This document shows, one piece after another, positions 11,303 to 57,200 of a stretch of DNA of 64,000 nucleotides. Source of the DNA: Tubiluchus corallicola (Eukaryota; Animalia; Priapulida); the NCBI GenBank assembly GCA_030141605.1, contig JAQGDQ010000032.1:186001-250000 (forward strand). The letters run 5' to 3'. How positions within the stretch are numbered: position 1 is the stretch's first letter; each line of letters opens with the position of its first letter. The notes below the pieces were generated by a model. It was not told the DNA's origin. It ran no database searches and saw only the letters and a program-made list of their open reading frames with translations. The translations under genes and the position numbers were made by a program.

Positions 11303-13966
11303 GATAATGATAATGATAATGATAATGATAATGATAATGATAATGATAATGATAATGATAATGATAATGATAATGATAATGATAATGATAATGATAATGA
11401 TAATGATAATGATAATGATAATGATAATGATAATGATAATGATAATGATAATGATAATGATAATGATAATGATAATGATAATGATAATGATAATGATAAT
11501 GATAATGATAATGATAATGATAATGATAATGATAATGATAATGATAATGATAATGATAATGACAATGACAATGGCAATGACAATGACAATGACAATGACA
11601 ATGACAATGGCAATGGCAATGGCAATGGCAATGGCAATGGCAATGATAATGATAATGATAATGAATAATGATAATGATAATGATGATATAATGATGATGA
11701 TAATGATAATGATAATGATAATACTAATGATAATTTCGTTTAGGACACAGATCCTGTGATAGCACCTTAAGTAACTCAATATGTATTTCCAAACTGGTCC
11801 CGATTATTATTACCCGCTTGTTTTTGCATACTTCGCTACGATAAATAGACGTAAAGTAAACATAACAACCTTTTTGCTGTGAAGTTAAACCAAGTGTTAG
11901 AAAGAATAATTATGCGTTGGGCCCACTGACTAAGAAGCATTATCTTTTTGGGCGAGATATTTAGATAGGGAAAATACTAGTAATATTGTGATACAAGAAT
12001 AACACAAAATATTTTTCATAAATTTTTCCAAAACTACTGGCAAATCGCACCTACCAAAGCCGTCACACTTACAGGTGGTCGAATGCACTGTTTCTCCGTA
12101 TGTGCCGGGAAAATCTAATCATGCAGTAGTAGCAGTTTGTTACTCATGTAGTTTCCAAGAGTAGAACACATGGTTAACAATACAAATTTATGACAAGCAT
12201 ACCGAACATTGATTTAGTACAGTATATGATCAAGCAATATTCTTTTACTTTAAACTGCTTAAAATCGGCAACAATCACGTGATGCAGTTATGGTTAATAA
12301 AATCTCACTTAAAATATGTTCCTTCGAAATTTAAGGATGAATAAGTTGCTCAGTGGTATATTTTTTAATATGTCTCAAAAGTCTACAGTAAAAGCTGTTT
12401 TCAAATACTATAAACTTTTGAACTTTGGGGTCGGAACGGCATAACAAATTCGGGAATGCCTTTCGGAATTGGACTGAATGTTGGGGAAAATATTTGAAAA
12501 AAGTTTGGGGATCGAGGCTCGGGGTCGGCATCATAACGACCCCGATCCCGAACACCCTTAGATATCACGTCTACCACTCCCACTGCTTGCGCCACAACTA
12601 CTGATCAGCAGCAGCAGCAAATAATAACAAAAACGACAGCAAATGTGACAGCAGTACAGCAACAATTGTAGCAACGACGTTGATGAATGATTATGACGAC
12701 AGTGACGACGACGGTGTCATTATGCAGAAACAGCAGGAACTAGCAGAGTTTTATATTTTATAGGTGAATGTTTGAAAAAGGAGCTAAGAAGTTACAAGTT
12801 AGACACCCAAGAAATCCTCGATGAAGAGCCGGAATGCAGCGAAATGTCGAAGAAAGGAATGTGTCCAATGAATTTGGCACCAGTACGTCGGCTTACTCTT
12901 ATGTCTTGTTCTAGGGAAGCCTCTAAATATTGGCACAGAACTTTGCTCAGCTGGTCACAACTGCTTTAATGGAAAACAGGACCTGTTCCTAAACGATAGA
13001 GCAAAACGATCTAACATACAAAATATGAAAATATTGTTTTTTTAAAAATTGTTTTAAAAATATTGTTTTTTAGACCCGTCTGCTCTCCTGGTAATAAGGA
13101 GCGTGTTATAAGAAACTAATAAGGCTAATTGTTTTGGATGTGGCATGGGGGCATAAATTATATTTAACTATTATAAAAACTATTGCGACTATTTTGATTT
13201 TTTTAATTGAAGGTGTGTGGCAGTGACGGCGTCACCTACGACAACGAGTGTATGCTGTGCTACAAGGCGGCGACATTGCGAGAAAAGGGCTTACCGAGCA
13301 AATTGCTGATTCACAAAAGAGGTGAGATGGTTTAACACTTGCTCACTTGCATTAAGTAAATTATTGTCTGTATTATAGACGTCATTCAGCATCATCAGTG
13401 TTATCATTGTTGTCGACTTTTGCGAGTTCTTGCAATATTTAAGGACAGAAAAAGTAATTAGCATTTTCTAACTGCTAAGAGTTGTGTAACTTGTGTAACT
13501 TTGAATGTTAGAATAGGCAGTAAAACAGCTCTTCGAGCCGTATAGTAAAAAGACCTTTCACTTTTTATCTTTATAGGTGCCTCACAAGGTAGTTAGCTTG
13601 ATAGTCTAGATAAAAGTATATAGAATCGGGTACTATATAGTTTTCAATGAGTTTAACACATATAGCATTGCGTATGACAAGCTCTTATGTTTCACAGCAA
13701 AAATACAATTGAAAATAATCAGTAGCAGAGTAAATTTTAACTAAAATCGCATTATACCTCAAACAAATAGCACAATTTAATCATTAGCATTATAGATACA
13801 GTACAGATATTAACTACTAGTGATACTAGTAATTTAAAAGAAATTAGATAAAAATTAAGCAAGTACTCTCAAGCACTTTACAACTCCTCTTAAACTCAAT
13901 AAAACTAGTGGTTTACAATGTGCGTAGACATTTAATGACATAAAAATCATTGCAGGTGATTGTTGA
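4449..13966 (+). CDS. Secreted four-domain Kazal-type serine protease inhibitor (7 coding exons, 295 aa)
   Basis: join(4449-4491,7239-7387,8865-9114,10485-10691,12764-12882,13213-13321,13956-13966) = 888 nt. All introns GT-AG and phases compatible. Signal peptide [23 protein letters not shown], then four domains each with six Cys and PVC/(T)Y.NxC motifs. Confidence 0.92.
5208..5295. repeat. (CAC)n/(CAT)n/(CGT)n microsatellite
   Basis: Directly visible. Confidence 0.95.
6019..6140. repeat. (GAT)n/(GAC)n microsatellite
   Basis: Directly visible; source of the poly-Asp ORF. Confidence 0.95.
6300..6500. repeat. Degenerate (ACCA/GCCA)n tetranucleotide repeat
   Basis: Directly visible. Confidence 0.85.
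7239..7387 (+). CDS. Kazal gene exon 2 (end of signal peptide and domain 1)
   Basis: ttttgcag|GA TGC ATT...; [49 protein letters not shown]; donor GTG|gtacgt. Absent from the ORF track. Confidence 0.9.
8865..9114 (+). CDS. Kazal gene exon 3 (CysVI of domain 1, linker, domain 2)
   Basis: ttgttcag|VRHGLC...[32 protein letters not shown]...IRHR-G|gtaact. Confidence 0.92.
9621..9945 (+). mobile_element. Degenerate non-LTR retrotransposon reverse-transcriptase fragment
   Basis: [17 protein letters not shown] (GVRQG motif), then across frameshifts [10 protein letters not shown] and [18 protein letters not shown] (KYLG motif), in the expected order for LINE RT. Confidence 0.7.
10485..10691 (+). 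CDS. Kazal gene exon 4 (CysVI of domain 2, linker, domain 3)
   Basis: ttttgcag|(G)ECNEED...[32 protein letters not shown]...IAKR-G|gtaaaa; symmetric phase 1-1. Confidence 0.92.
10979..12560. mobile_element. Putative non-autonomous DNA transposon with imperfect inverted ends
   Basis: Left end tagaggtactggatcgagg...cccgaccccgaa; right end ttggggtcggaa...gaccccgatcccgaacaccctta. Repeated CCCGA motifs in opposite orientation; no TSD confirmed. Confidence 0.4.
11269..11733. repeat. Compound hexamer microsatellite (ATAATG)n-(ACAATG)n-(GCAATG)n
   Basis: Directly visible; source of the MIMI, poly-Ile and SLSL ORFs. Confidence 0.97.
12764..12882 (+). CDS. Kazal gene exon 5 (CysVI of domain 3, first half of domain 4)
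   Basis: ttttatag|(G)ECLKKEL...[19 protein letters not shown]|gtacgt. Confidence 0.9.
13213..13321 (+). CDS. Kazal gene exon 6 (second half of domain 4)
   Basis: ttgaag|[37 protein letters not shown]|gtgaga. Confidence 0.92.
13956..13966 (+). CDS. Kazal gene exon 7 (G-D-C-stop)
   Basis: cattgcag|GT GAT TGT TGA supplies the last Cys of domain 4; followed by a 3'UTR with AATAAA signals. Confidence 0.85.
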
Positions 13967-14241
13967 GCTGGTAATGAAGACCGCACCTTAGATCCCCGGG
14001 ACATCGAAACAACGTTGGCGAAATGTCCACCACATTATTAGAGCAGTTTACTCAACACTAATTTCTCAATGCCGTAATGCTAGGTTTAATTAATTTCACA
14101 GCAAGGTAGAACAGGGTGAATAAACCAATTATCTGAACGTTGGTATAGTAATTGTACAGGGAATGGAACTGATGAACAGATATTTTCTCTGACAGAATTG
14201 CAGAGTGAAAAGCATTATGATTACTCTTATCTTAAATTTCG

Positions 14242-14251
14242 AATAAATAAA
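14242..14251 (+). terminator. Candidate polyadenylation signal(s) of the Kazal gene
   Basis: Overlapping AATAAATAAA followed by T/GT-rich sequence; another AATAAA at 14119-14124. Confidence 0.5.
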
Positions 14252-14349
14252 TTATAAAATTGGTTCGCAATGCTTTGCTCCGTGTATTTTTAGTGTTTTA
14301 ATGATGACTTAAGCATTATTTAATCAACAACAGCTGCTCATACTGGAAT

Positions 14350-14565
14350 TGTACATTGTTCTTGGAGTACTTGATCTCTCTAACATCTGATGTCGTTAAA
14401 CATGTCTTTAATTTTAGGGCCTATGGTCACTGAGCCCATTGATCCCTCACCATACTTACACCTTTGGTCCCTCAATAAAATAAAGTTCAATTGGGCCCTC
14501 CTCAAATTAAACATAGTCACAATTTGAACTCGAACGCCAGCTGCTATCCTAACCATCCACAAAAC
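14350..14565 (-). mobile_element. Possible tRNA-derived SINE remnant
   Basis: Minus strand begins gtggatggttaggatagcagctggcgttcgagttcaaatt (A-box-like and B-box-like motifs), followed by a GC-richer body. Confidence 0.3.
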
Positions 14566-16135
14566 AGCAAAACTTTGAAGTGTGAAAAAAGCAAAATAAT
14601 CGAATGATCACACAGTGGTTCAAGCTACCAAAACGTCTTGAGAATATTTATTACTAAGCAAACTGCTCAGCTCCAATAGTGTTCGTAATATGTGTGTCAG
14701 CTGAGTAGAGCATTCATTACTACATTAATTGTTATTTAAAGCAACAATTGTTATTGATAGAGGGCGTCTGACTATGAGTGATAAGTCGTAAATTCAATTC
14801 TTCAGCTGTGATCTCGGTTCCAATTATAATTTTTAATGCAGCAAGAGGGTCTAACTACAAAATGTATCAATTTCCAATTGAAACATCGCGGTTTCGCTCA
14901 TTGTGATTAGACGTAACGCTACAAAACCCAAATTAGAGAGCAACATATTGTTATCAATCCTACGTGTTTCGCTAAGCTTTATTTTTCCCTTGCTTGGCAC
15001 AAGTCACGAACGCAACATGATTTTTCACTCTAGGTGTCAATAGCGTTTAACGTTCGTGTATGAGCGAAATAAAATACTGTCAGTGTGCGCTTTTGATGCG
15101 AAACGAAATAGGCAGTCATTCTCTTTTATTTGCTCTGCCTACTGCTGAATGAGTTAATTAATAAATACACGAGTTACCACTCTCTCAGCGACATTATACA
15201 AGCGTTATCCATGTGAGCTACTGGCAAATTCACGTTATAAAGAAGTGACTATGGATAATATAATATGAAATTGTTTTGTTCTATTAAGTGGTTTCATATA
15301 TACCCACACACGAAGAACACTCCGTATCTTTTGTTATTCATGTGCAAATTAATCATTGCGAGGCAGTTCGTAACTGTAGCAAGCAACAATAATAAGCGCC
15401 TACTATGTATACGCACACTACTATCTCTGTGTATTTTGCGCCTGTAATTATTTCACGGTTTTGCAAACCATTATAGCTTCCGGTTACTATCAATGCACAG
15501 CGTTAGGTCATGCAGATATTCCTTGTAGTTGATATAACGAGTTCGCTGTCGTGCTGAGTCAATTCTGAGGTACACAATAAAACAGACAGTAGACAGGTAG
15601 AATCCTAAACCGTATTCAAAAGCGGTGTACTCACAATGTTGATGGCCGCATTTGACGCATCATGCAAAAAAGCAATTTAAAAGCTAAATAAATATTAAAG
15701 CATCACGTCTATACTGTTAAAGATCGCGCATCTATTAAAACACGTGAAATGTGCAAACTTTCATATCTTTCTCTAAAAGATTAAGCCTGAAACGCAACGT
15801 TTGTTTATCTTTGCATATTGTTAGGTAGAAAGTCAGAACTAAAACGAATTCATCAACCACCTTTGGCTTCTGATTTGAAATCAAACTGCGTTATACAATA
15901 AAATGAAATTTATGTTGTTCTGGAATCTGAATAGTAAATTGTTAAGTTGAGCTAATCAATGTACGCACAATTCTCTGCTCATGACGGTTTTGGCAGAGTC
16001 TATAGATTCAGGTACGATGCATAGCACCTTATGTGCACTGAATGGGAGCTACGCAGTCTTCTTAGCGAGTTCAATTCAAGTACGTCACTTAGCTAGGAGA
16101 GATCCCAGTACACCACTTAGCTAAGACAAATCTGA

Positions 16136-16769
16136 GGCCAATTTCACACTGAAGCAGCACGGCAAAATTCCTCGAGGAAGAAGTCTTTGCCGCATTTCTC
16201 AAGAAAACGGAACACACTGTTTTCTAAGGTGCATTTCATACAGACGCCCCATGAGGAATTCTGTCGCCAGGTAGAAGCTATGCGCCATCCTCAAGAGTGT
16301 GTTCCGTTTTCGTGAGGATTCCTCGTGGAATTCAAATTCAAATTTAACTAGCTTGTTTAACGAGCAACAATTAACATAATTCAGCATAAAATTATCAGTT
16401 TTTAATCTCACTTTTATTATACAGACATTTTTTGTTTTACCAATGCAACAGCGATGGCTGTATTTGTGAAAATGAAAAATAAAGCACCCATATAGTTTAT
16501 TTTATGTACACAGATCTCAAATTTTGAAGTGTTAAAAACGGTCTGACATTACACTGACTAACATTATTAAAACGTACTTTGTATATGACAAATCTACAAT
16601 TCGCATAGAAGCTGGAGTTATCTGGACGGGCGTAAGAATCGCGCGGTTTCAGTGTGAAATTAACTTTATTGCCGCATCGGTTTTCGAGAATAAACCTGAA
16701 ATTTCCTGAAAATTTTCTGATAGCATTTCGGTGCCTCATTTTCCTTATATCCTCAGTGTAAAATGCGCC
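16136..16769. mobile_element. PIF/Harbinger-like MITE
   Basis: Ends GGCCAATTTCACACTGA ... TCAGTGTAAAATGCGCC (imperfect TIR) flanked by TGA/TAA; perfect internal inverted repeat AAAACGGAACACACT / AGTGTGTTCCGTTTT. Confidence 0.55.
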
Positions 16770-17362
16770 TAAGAGTAAGACATTTTAATAATAATACAGG
16801 TACGACCAAGAGCTACGCATGCGTAAGCTAAGTGGGCTTGAAAACGTTTCTACTCTGTGCGGGTAGACATTAAATTCACAGACATGCAGTAAATCAATAG
16901 ATCAATATAGAATCGATTTTCTGAAACAAGCTTACGTTACAATTTATTCAACTGAATGGGTACAAGTCTTTAATGTTAATACCGTTGTGATTCCAGGTAT
17001 GCCAGATAAAGGATAAAAACTGGGCTTGTTGACCTGCAATTATTGACGTTCACGGAGTAAAAGCAAGTGCATTTCCTCTGTGAACTCCAGTAGTGTTTCC
17101 CTAAATGGGAAATTTATAATAGGAGAGTAATACTAAGCCGATCAGAGCCTTTGTACAATGGTAGCAATAGACTAATGGTGAATGGCACAGGCATGACATT
17201 AATTATGGGCAACAGTACTATAGACAAAGGTTGCGACTTTTGCATTACTGTAAATTATACGAAAGTGTAATTATGTGATATTATCCGTGATCACGAACTT
17301 TTTTCTTACATGTCATTGTGGAATGACAAAATATATTTTCGAACAAAATGTCTCTTTCTTTC

Positions 17363-17377
17363 CTCTCTCTCTCTCTC

Positions 17378-17421
<44 letters not shown>
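17363..17421. repeat. (CT)n microsatellite
   Basis: Directly visible. Confidence 0.97.
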
Positions 17422-17426
<5 letters not shown>

Positions 17427-17534
17427 AACATGTAAAAAGCTACTATTTAGAAAATTCATGAATGTTCTATCTTTCTTGAGAAACACACTTTTGTCAGAAA
17501 TCAGCACGGACTAATTATGCCATGATCGAATTAC

Positions 17535-17643
<109 letters not shown>

Positions 17644-18224
17644 AATAACTTCTCAGTTTGGCTTTAAGTGCAAACGTATGTGTGCCTACAGTTTCCTTAG
17701 TGACAAATGCATAAAAGATTTTTTTCACAATTTTATTAATAATTATGCTCTTCTTTAACAAGACACAGCAAAACTGTTGTTTGCATGTAGGTTACAGCTC
17801 TAAAATGCCAAATGATCATTAGTTTTACAACTTGCTGAAATAGTGTGCTTAATTATTGCTGATATTGTAACATACTCGAAATCAGCGACTAAAATAAGCA
17901 AGTAAAAAAGCACCCTGGGACATCAAAAAGAATGATCCCTTGTGATGGTCGGCAAAACTATACATGGCAACGACAGTCAAGCAGCGCCGAACCTAATTAC
18001 TGACACTGGTTATTATTCTGTTAAAAGAAAAGAATAACACGGGCGGCCACAGAGAAAACTTGGCGACCACAAAAGAAACCATTTCTGAGTGGTTCCATCT
18101 GCCATATTATCTTTTTTCTCACTGAGGAGGACTTCAAAGTGGCTTAGATGCCTCTATTGGCAACAAGTCTTTTTCAGTTTTTACAAGCATTTAAAAATCC
18201 GCATAATATCTTCTAATTTTTTAA

Positions 18225-19142
18225 ACCATGGGCTTCAACCTAGACAACACTTGACGACATTTAGTTTTCGACAGAAGAAAGGAGCGATAATTATGTAGCA
18301 TCCGATCTCGAAAGCCCAACGTTATTTCTTTTTTAATTTATAGTATGGTTCCTTATGTCTGATTTTTGGCTCCTATGGGACTTTTGTGCTAAAGTTAATT
18401 TTTTTTTGAAAGTTAAGGATTGCAACCTCTCAGTCCAAAGAAAATTGGTGCCATTTTCCCTAGTCCATTAAATGCATTTTGAGGCAGTACTTTGAAGTGA
18501 GTCCAGATCAGAGAAATGTCCCAGTGTTGACTATCACACACCTGGAAATCACAGGAAAATGTATTTTATGGAGTTGAATGCAAATCTAATATCAGTTTTT
18601 TTCATAAGAACGACCCAAAAAATGCCCTAGCAATCCTTTTTTGTGGTATTCCTTCCGGCTCGGAAATAGGGCACACCCTAATATTCAGTCCACAAATCTG
18701 AAAATTACTGGAATGGGGTTTCTTGAATGCTGAATACAAGTATGAACTACTTAGTTTTGCTGTGCGGATGGATCTATTTGCCTATAGGTGTTTTCTGTGG
18801 ACCCACAAAAAAATCTATAATTATGATAACTACTGGCCTGCATACCGTCTTACTGGGCTCAAATTTGTATTAGCTGCAACGTTGTATAAAATTTGAAAAT
18901 TTAAACTCCCGTGATGACAGCTAGGAGCAGCCATTTTGACTCTAGGTTGTTTGAAAGAAGTTTAGACATCATTACGTAAAGTTCGAAAAGATAATCAGAG
19001 TATTCGAGCACACTCTTAACTAAATGAGCAAAAGTTTACAATGCTATTGTCAGTCAGACTAATACACAATATATTTTTGGTGAGCCAGTGGCGCACACTG
19101 GGAAGACGAGTCAGTGACATTTCACCAGTTGGCGCAAATGGT
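18225..19142. mobile_element. Putative non-autonomous TTAA-specific (piggyBac-like) element
   Basis: TTAA|ACCATGGGCTTCAACC ... AGTTGGCGCAAATGGT|TTAA (imperfect TIR); its part at 18867-19120 has a diverged inverted copy at 38870-39090. Confidence 0.45.
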
Positions 19143-19504
19143 TTAAATTACTAAGAATTTTCTTTTCTAGCTACATAAGTATTTCAAGCAGGTATAAGGG
19201 TAATGCTAAGTAATATAACTCTGTGTGAAAAGTTTTTTCAGACATACTTTAAAATTGCATTTTCTTCCTCTTTAACTTTTATGTAGAAGAAGTTCTCAAG
19301 ATAAAACAGCAATTCAAGCAGTGTAGCTAGCTGATTTATTTTTTAAATATTTTGATTCACAGCCACGTACTCAAAAGGCGACGTAATACATCGCCTTAAC
19401 ATAAGGTAGCAGTGAGTCACATAGCTTAATGTAGCAGAGTGTAGCATACATGACATAACATAACACAGAGTAGCACATCATAGACAACATGCCATACCAA
19501 TATA

Positions 19505-19612
19505 ACACTGCACAGTGCGCACGACACTGCATCAAGACATGCTACACATAACTCCATAGCAGCATGACACTGCACAGTGCGCACGACACTGTATCAAGAC
19601 ATGCTACACCCA
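19505..19612. repeat. Direct tandem duplication (about 62 bp period)
   Basis: acactgcacagtgcgcacgacactg(c/t)atcaagacatgctacac occurs twice. Confidence 0.85.
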
Positions 19613-19960
19613 ACAGCATAACAACAAAAGCGCATTACATCGCAACGCAAAATCGCCATACAGAGTACATAGCACTTAGTGTTATTTTACTTTTCATTAA
19701 ATTATTTTCCAAGAAACTCATGAAAAAATACCAATTTCCTAATTGCTAAAATCCACCTTTGTGATTACAGTAGTGGCATTTTCAAAAGTTGAATATTCCT
19801 GTTCTTACTGCTGTTATACTTAGCTCAAGTGCACGTCATTAATACTCTTCCGTATACATTCCAACAGGAGTCTGTTGGCTCTCTTTTATGCTGGCGCTGT
19901 CTTAATCATTTCCGCATTGATCGCAGAAATCTCCGTGATGAAAATGTCTATTGTGTGTTT

Positions 19961-20015
19961 GTCACGTGACCAATAAGCACGGTGACGTCACGCAAAGTTC
20001 GCGATTTCTACCAAT
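19961..20015 (+). promoter_or_regulatory. Promoter motif cluster of the neuropeptide gene: E-box, CCAAT, CRE, CCAAT
   Basis: GTCACGTGAC 19961-70, CCAAT 19970-74, TGACGTCA 19983-90, CCAAT 20011-15, all 170-230 bp upstream of the ATG at 20188. Confidence 0.7.
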
Positions 20016-20187
20016 CAGGCGTGCGGAGGAGCGCCTGGCAATATCAAGGCAAAAAGGCTTCAACCTGTTTGACAAGAGTCGTGGGTGTTCGCGAGTGTAT
20101 TTTTTGGTGAGCCAGCGTGAAACAATTCTATCTGCAGAAGACAATTCAAGGGGAAGTTGTGCATGATTGGTAGCTGACGTCTAAAAT

Positions 20188-54295
<34,108 letters not shown>

Positions 54296-57200
54296 AAAAC
54301 GAACAACAGCATACTCACAAAAACAGCTAAGTAGCTACAGTTTATCACGTGTCACTTTCATGTGACGCTGAAAAATGGATTGATCTAGTTTTACATTATT
54401 CGACAAATTTCTTCTTCATCATCGACAGAAAGTCATTTCGCTGCAGAGGCGTCGGGAGTGAATGCGAAAAAAATTCATAAATTTTTATAGAAATAACGAT
54501 GAAGCCTTTTGTTCACTAGGTCTGCTACACAAATTCAAGGCCAGGAAACTTTCCTAGACCGACCGTTTCCTACTGAAATAGGTCCGCCAATTTTGAGCAC
54601 TCAGCGCGTTGGAATAACTGTGGTTATTCACATAAGCTCGGTCGACTTATAAACAATTTGCTTTTGTCATCATTATCCATTTCATTTGAGTCAATTTGCA
54701 TAACAAGTTAATTATTAGTTGTTGTTATGAATATGCTCATCCACAACACTGCAGTTTCACGTGTATCGTCTTCTAACTAAAACCGTCAAACGAAAAAGTT
54801 GTTGAAAGTGCACAGACGCCAGTAACAGTACTACCTTACAAATCATGCAGGTTTAATTTGCCAATACAGGTTGTAAAGATATCCTTTTAAAAGTATTGTA
54901 ATGCTTTCTTTCGAAATTAATATTTTTGTTTCGATTTTTCGGCTTAATGGATAATTTGTTAGGCTTAAACTTTAGGTGCCACTACTAACTAAAAAGTACT
55001 AAGTCATATTTCACTACACGTAATAGCTTGTAACATCTATGTCTAAATGTTTCTTATGACACAATATATATAAATATATATGTATAATTCAATAATGTAT
55101 AAGCCTGAAATTGTTTGGCAGACCGATCCTACTGCTTTTTGATTTTACAATGATAATAATTTTTATTACATATTTGTCAGGAAACAGTCAAAGAATTTAA
55201 TGTCATGTTTTTGTGCCATAGAGATTCGCCATAAAACCGATATTGTTATCAAAAAGCTTTTATAATCACAGTTATTTGTAATCATAATGAATGTCATTCA
55301 GAGTATGGCTACCATCATTTTTTGGCTTGACGTAGTGACACAGTAACCACCCTCATTGCTGGCCCTTTACTAGTAGTACAGTATAAATAACTGAAGTCAT
55401 TAGTAAGTTTTCAAAATTTTTCGCAAAATAACATGTACACATCCACCCGCATCATGAGACATTTGTGTTTTCTGGCAAATTTATATAAGCTTTGAACTAG
55501 ATAATTACATATCTGTACGTTTAACTTTAAAATAGCCTAAACTTGCTGGTTTCTCCGTATTGAAGCCACGTGTGAGTCTTCAATACAAGTAGATAATTTG
55601 TTTTGTAAATCATGTAATCGTTAAAACACTATAAGGTTTTTAAAATCTTTATAACAAGAACAATATGTTTCATAAGCAACCCATTATATAATAAATTTTA
55701 GGAAAAATTTTATTAGAAAAATTCGACGTTTCTACTGCACACTAGCAGTCACCGCCAGGAAATTTAGTGTGCAATAGAAACACTGGATTTTTTAAAATAA
55801 AAATTTAATAGAACTTATTATGTAGTGGTTGTTTATTAAACTTTATATGTAGCTGTTGTTCACAGTTAAAAACTTTTGCAATTATAAACTAATGTATTAG
55901 ACTTTATTTTCTAGTCATTCTCTTTAATATTTTACTGTAATTGTTAAATCATTATTATTAAATACGTCTATGCTACATATGTTCATTATTACATTACTCA
56001 TGCTTGCTTGTGAGCTGAATATGTCAATAGGCCTATTGCTGTTTTACTAAAATTTAATACTGCAGGAATACTTTTTGGCTTTTGGCAATTAAAACTTTTT
56101 ATAGTGCACTGCAACATATTCGGCAGCAATTTATCAGTATTTTGTTGGCGGAAGTTTGTTTAGCTATTGTTTTGGGTAAACGAATGCATTAAAGCAATTC
56201 TATATGTACTAAATATTTCACTTGTTTGCCTCTTGTATTCAAAATCTATATCTTTGTAGTGATTGAGAACTGGACAATATGTAGCTAAACCACGTGAAAA
56301 TCTATACTAAATCATAAATATAATTATGCAAAACGCTCTGATTAAAAAAGCTTCAATCCTTGGAATAACCTTGATGATTAATTATTATACAACATTAGGC
56401 TATTTGAAGAGCAAACAATTATACTAAGAAAAAAGCGCCATCACTTTGGAAAATTTACATGCTGTTAGTTTGTTACAGTGACTAGTAATAAAAAAGCACT
56501 TGATACACGAAATATGGTGAACTGGCTTTAATAAATGCCGCGCAGACAATTTGTCTAATGAAGACAATTTGTTATAATTGGTTTATCATTAACTCCTCTA
56601 ACAAAACAGCTGGAAACATTTCCCAGGTTACATAAGTTGTAATTTCATAAAGAGACAAACATGGTACGACGACTGAACGCTACAATTAGTTTATGAAGAT
56701 CTTTATAATCATTTTCTAATTACATTCCATATTCAGAGCTACTAGAGCCTTTTTGTCCGTTGCAGTCTTCTGACTGCTTTGCAATAATTGTTGTATTCAA
56801 CATAGTAATACAGCGGTGTGTCAGACAGCCATTACCGAAAGTCAACAAAAATTTGGCTAAAGAGAAACGGCCGTAAGTTTATGTGTGGATTTTCTCAAGT
56901 CCACATTTTTCATGTATGGGGACGAGCCTTACACAAAATAAAATAATAATATGGTTTTTATAATATAAAATCAACACTTGTTATGATTAATATGTCCAGT
57001 TTTACAAAAACGCTAGAGTTGATAAAACAAGTTTAAGCAACATCATTTTCCTCACCTTCCAAGGTTCCGTCCGTCATTGTCAGTTCATGTGTCTATCCGC
57101 CTGAAGTGAGATTTGGCTAGATTCTAGAAAGCAAGTCATGAATCAAACCAAGCGAAGTTGGTTAAAACCTGTGAAGGTATTTGCCTTAAATTCAGCTGCG

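Noticed and set aside
11257-11779. Long ORFs with MI, SL or poly-Ile content (likewise 5045-5369, 5955-6459, 17275-17761, 26272-26802, 47321-47713, 48944-49607)
   Set aside because: They are translations of microsatellites, with no splice or domain support.
57056-57195. Minus-strand exon-like segment (tcgcag|...GAAG|gtgagg)
   Set aside because: Stop codons interrupt its reading frames; could be a non-coding or UTR exon but cannot be supported from sequence alone.
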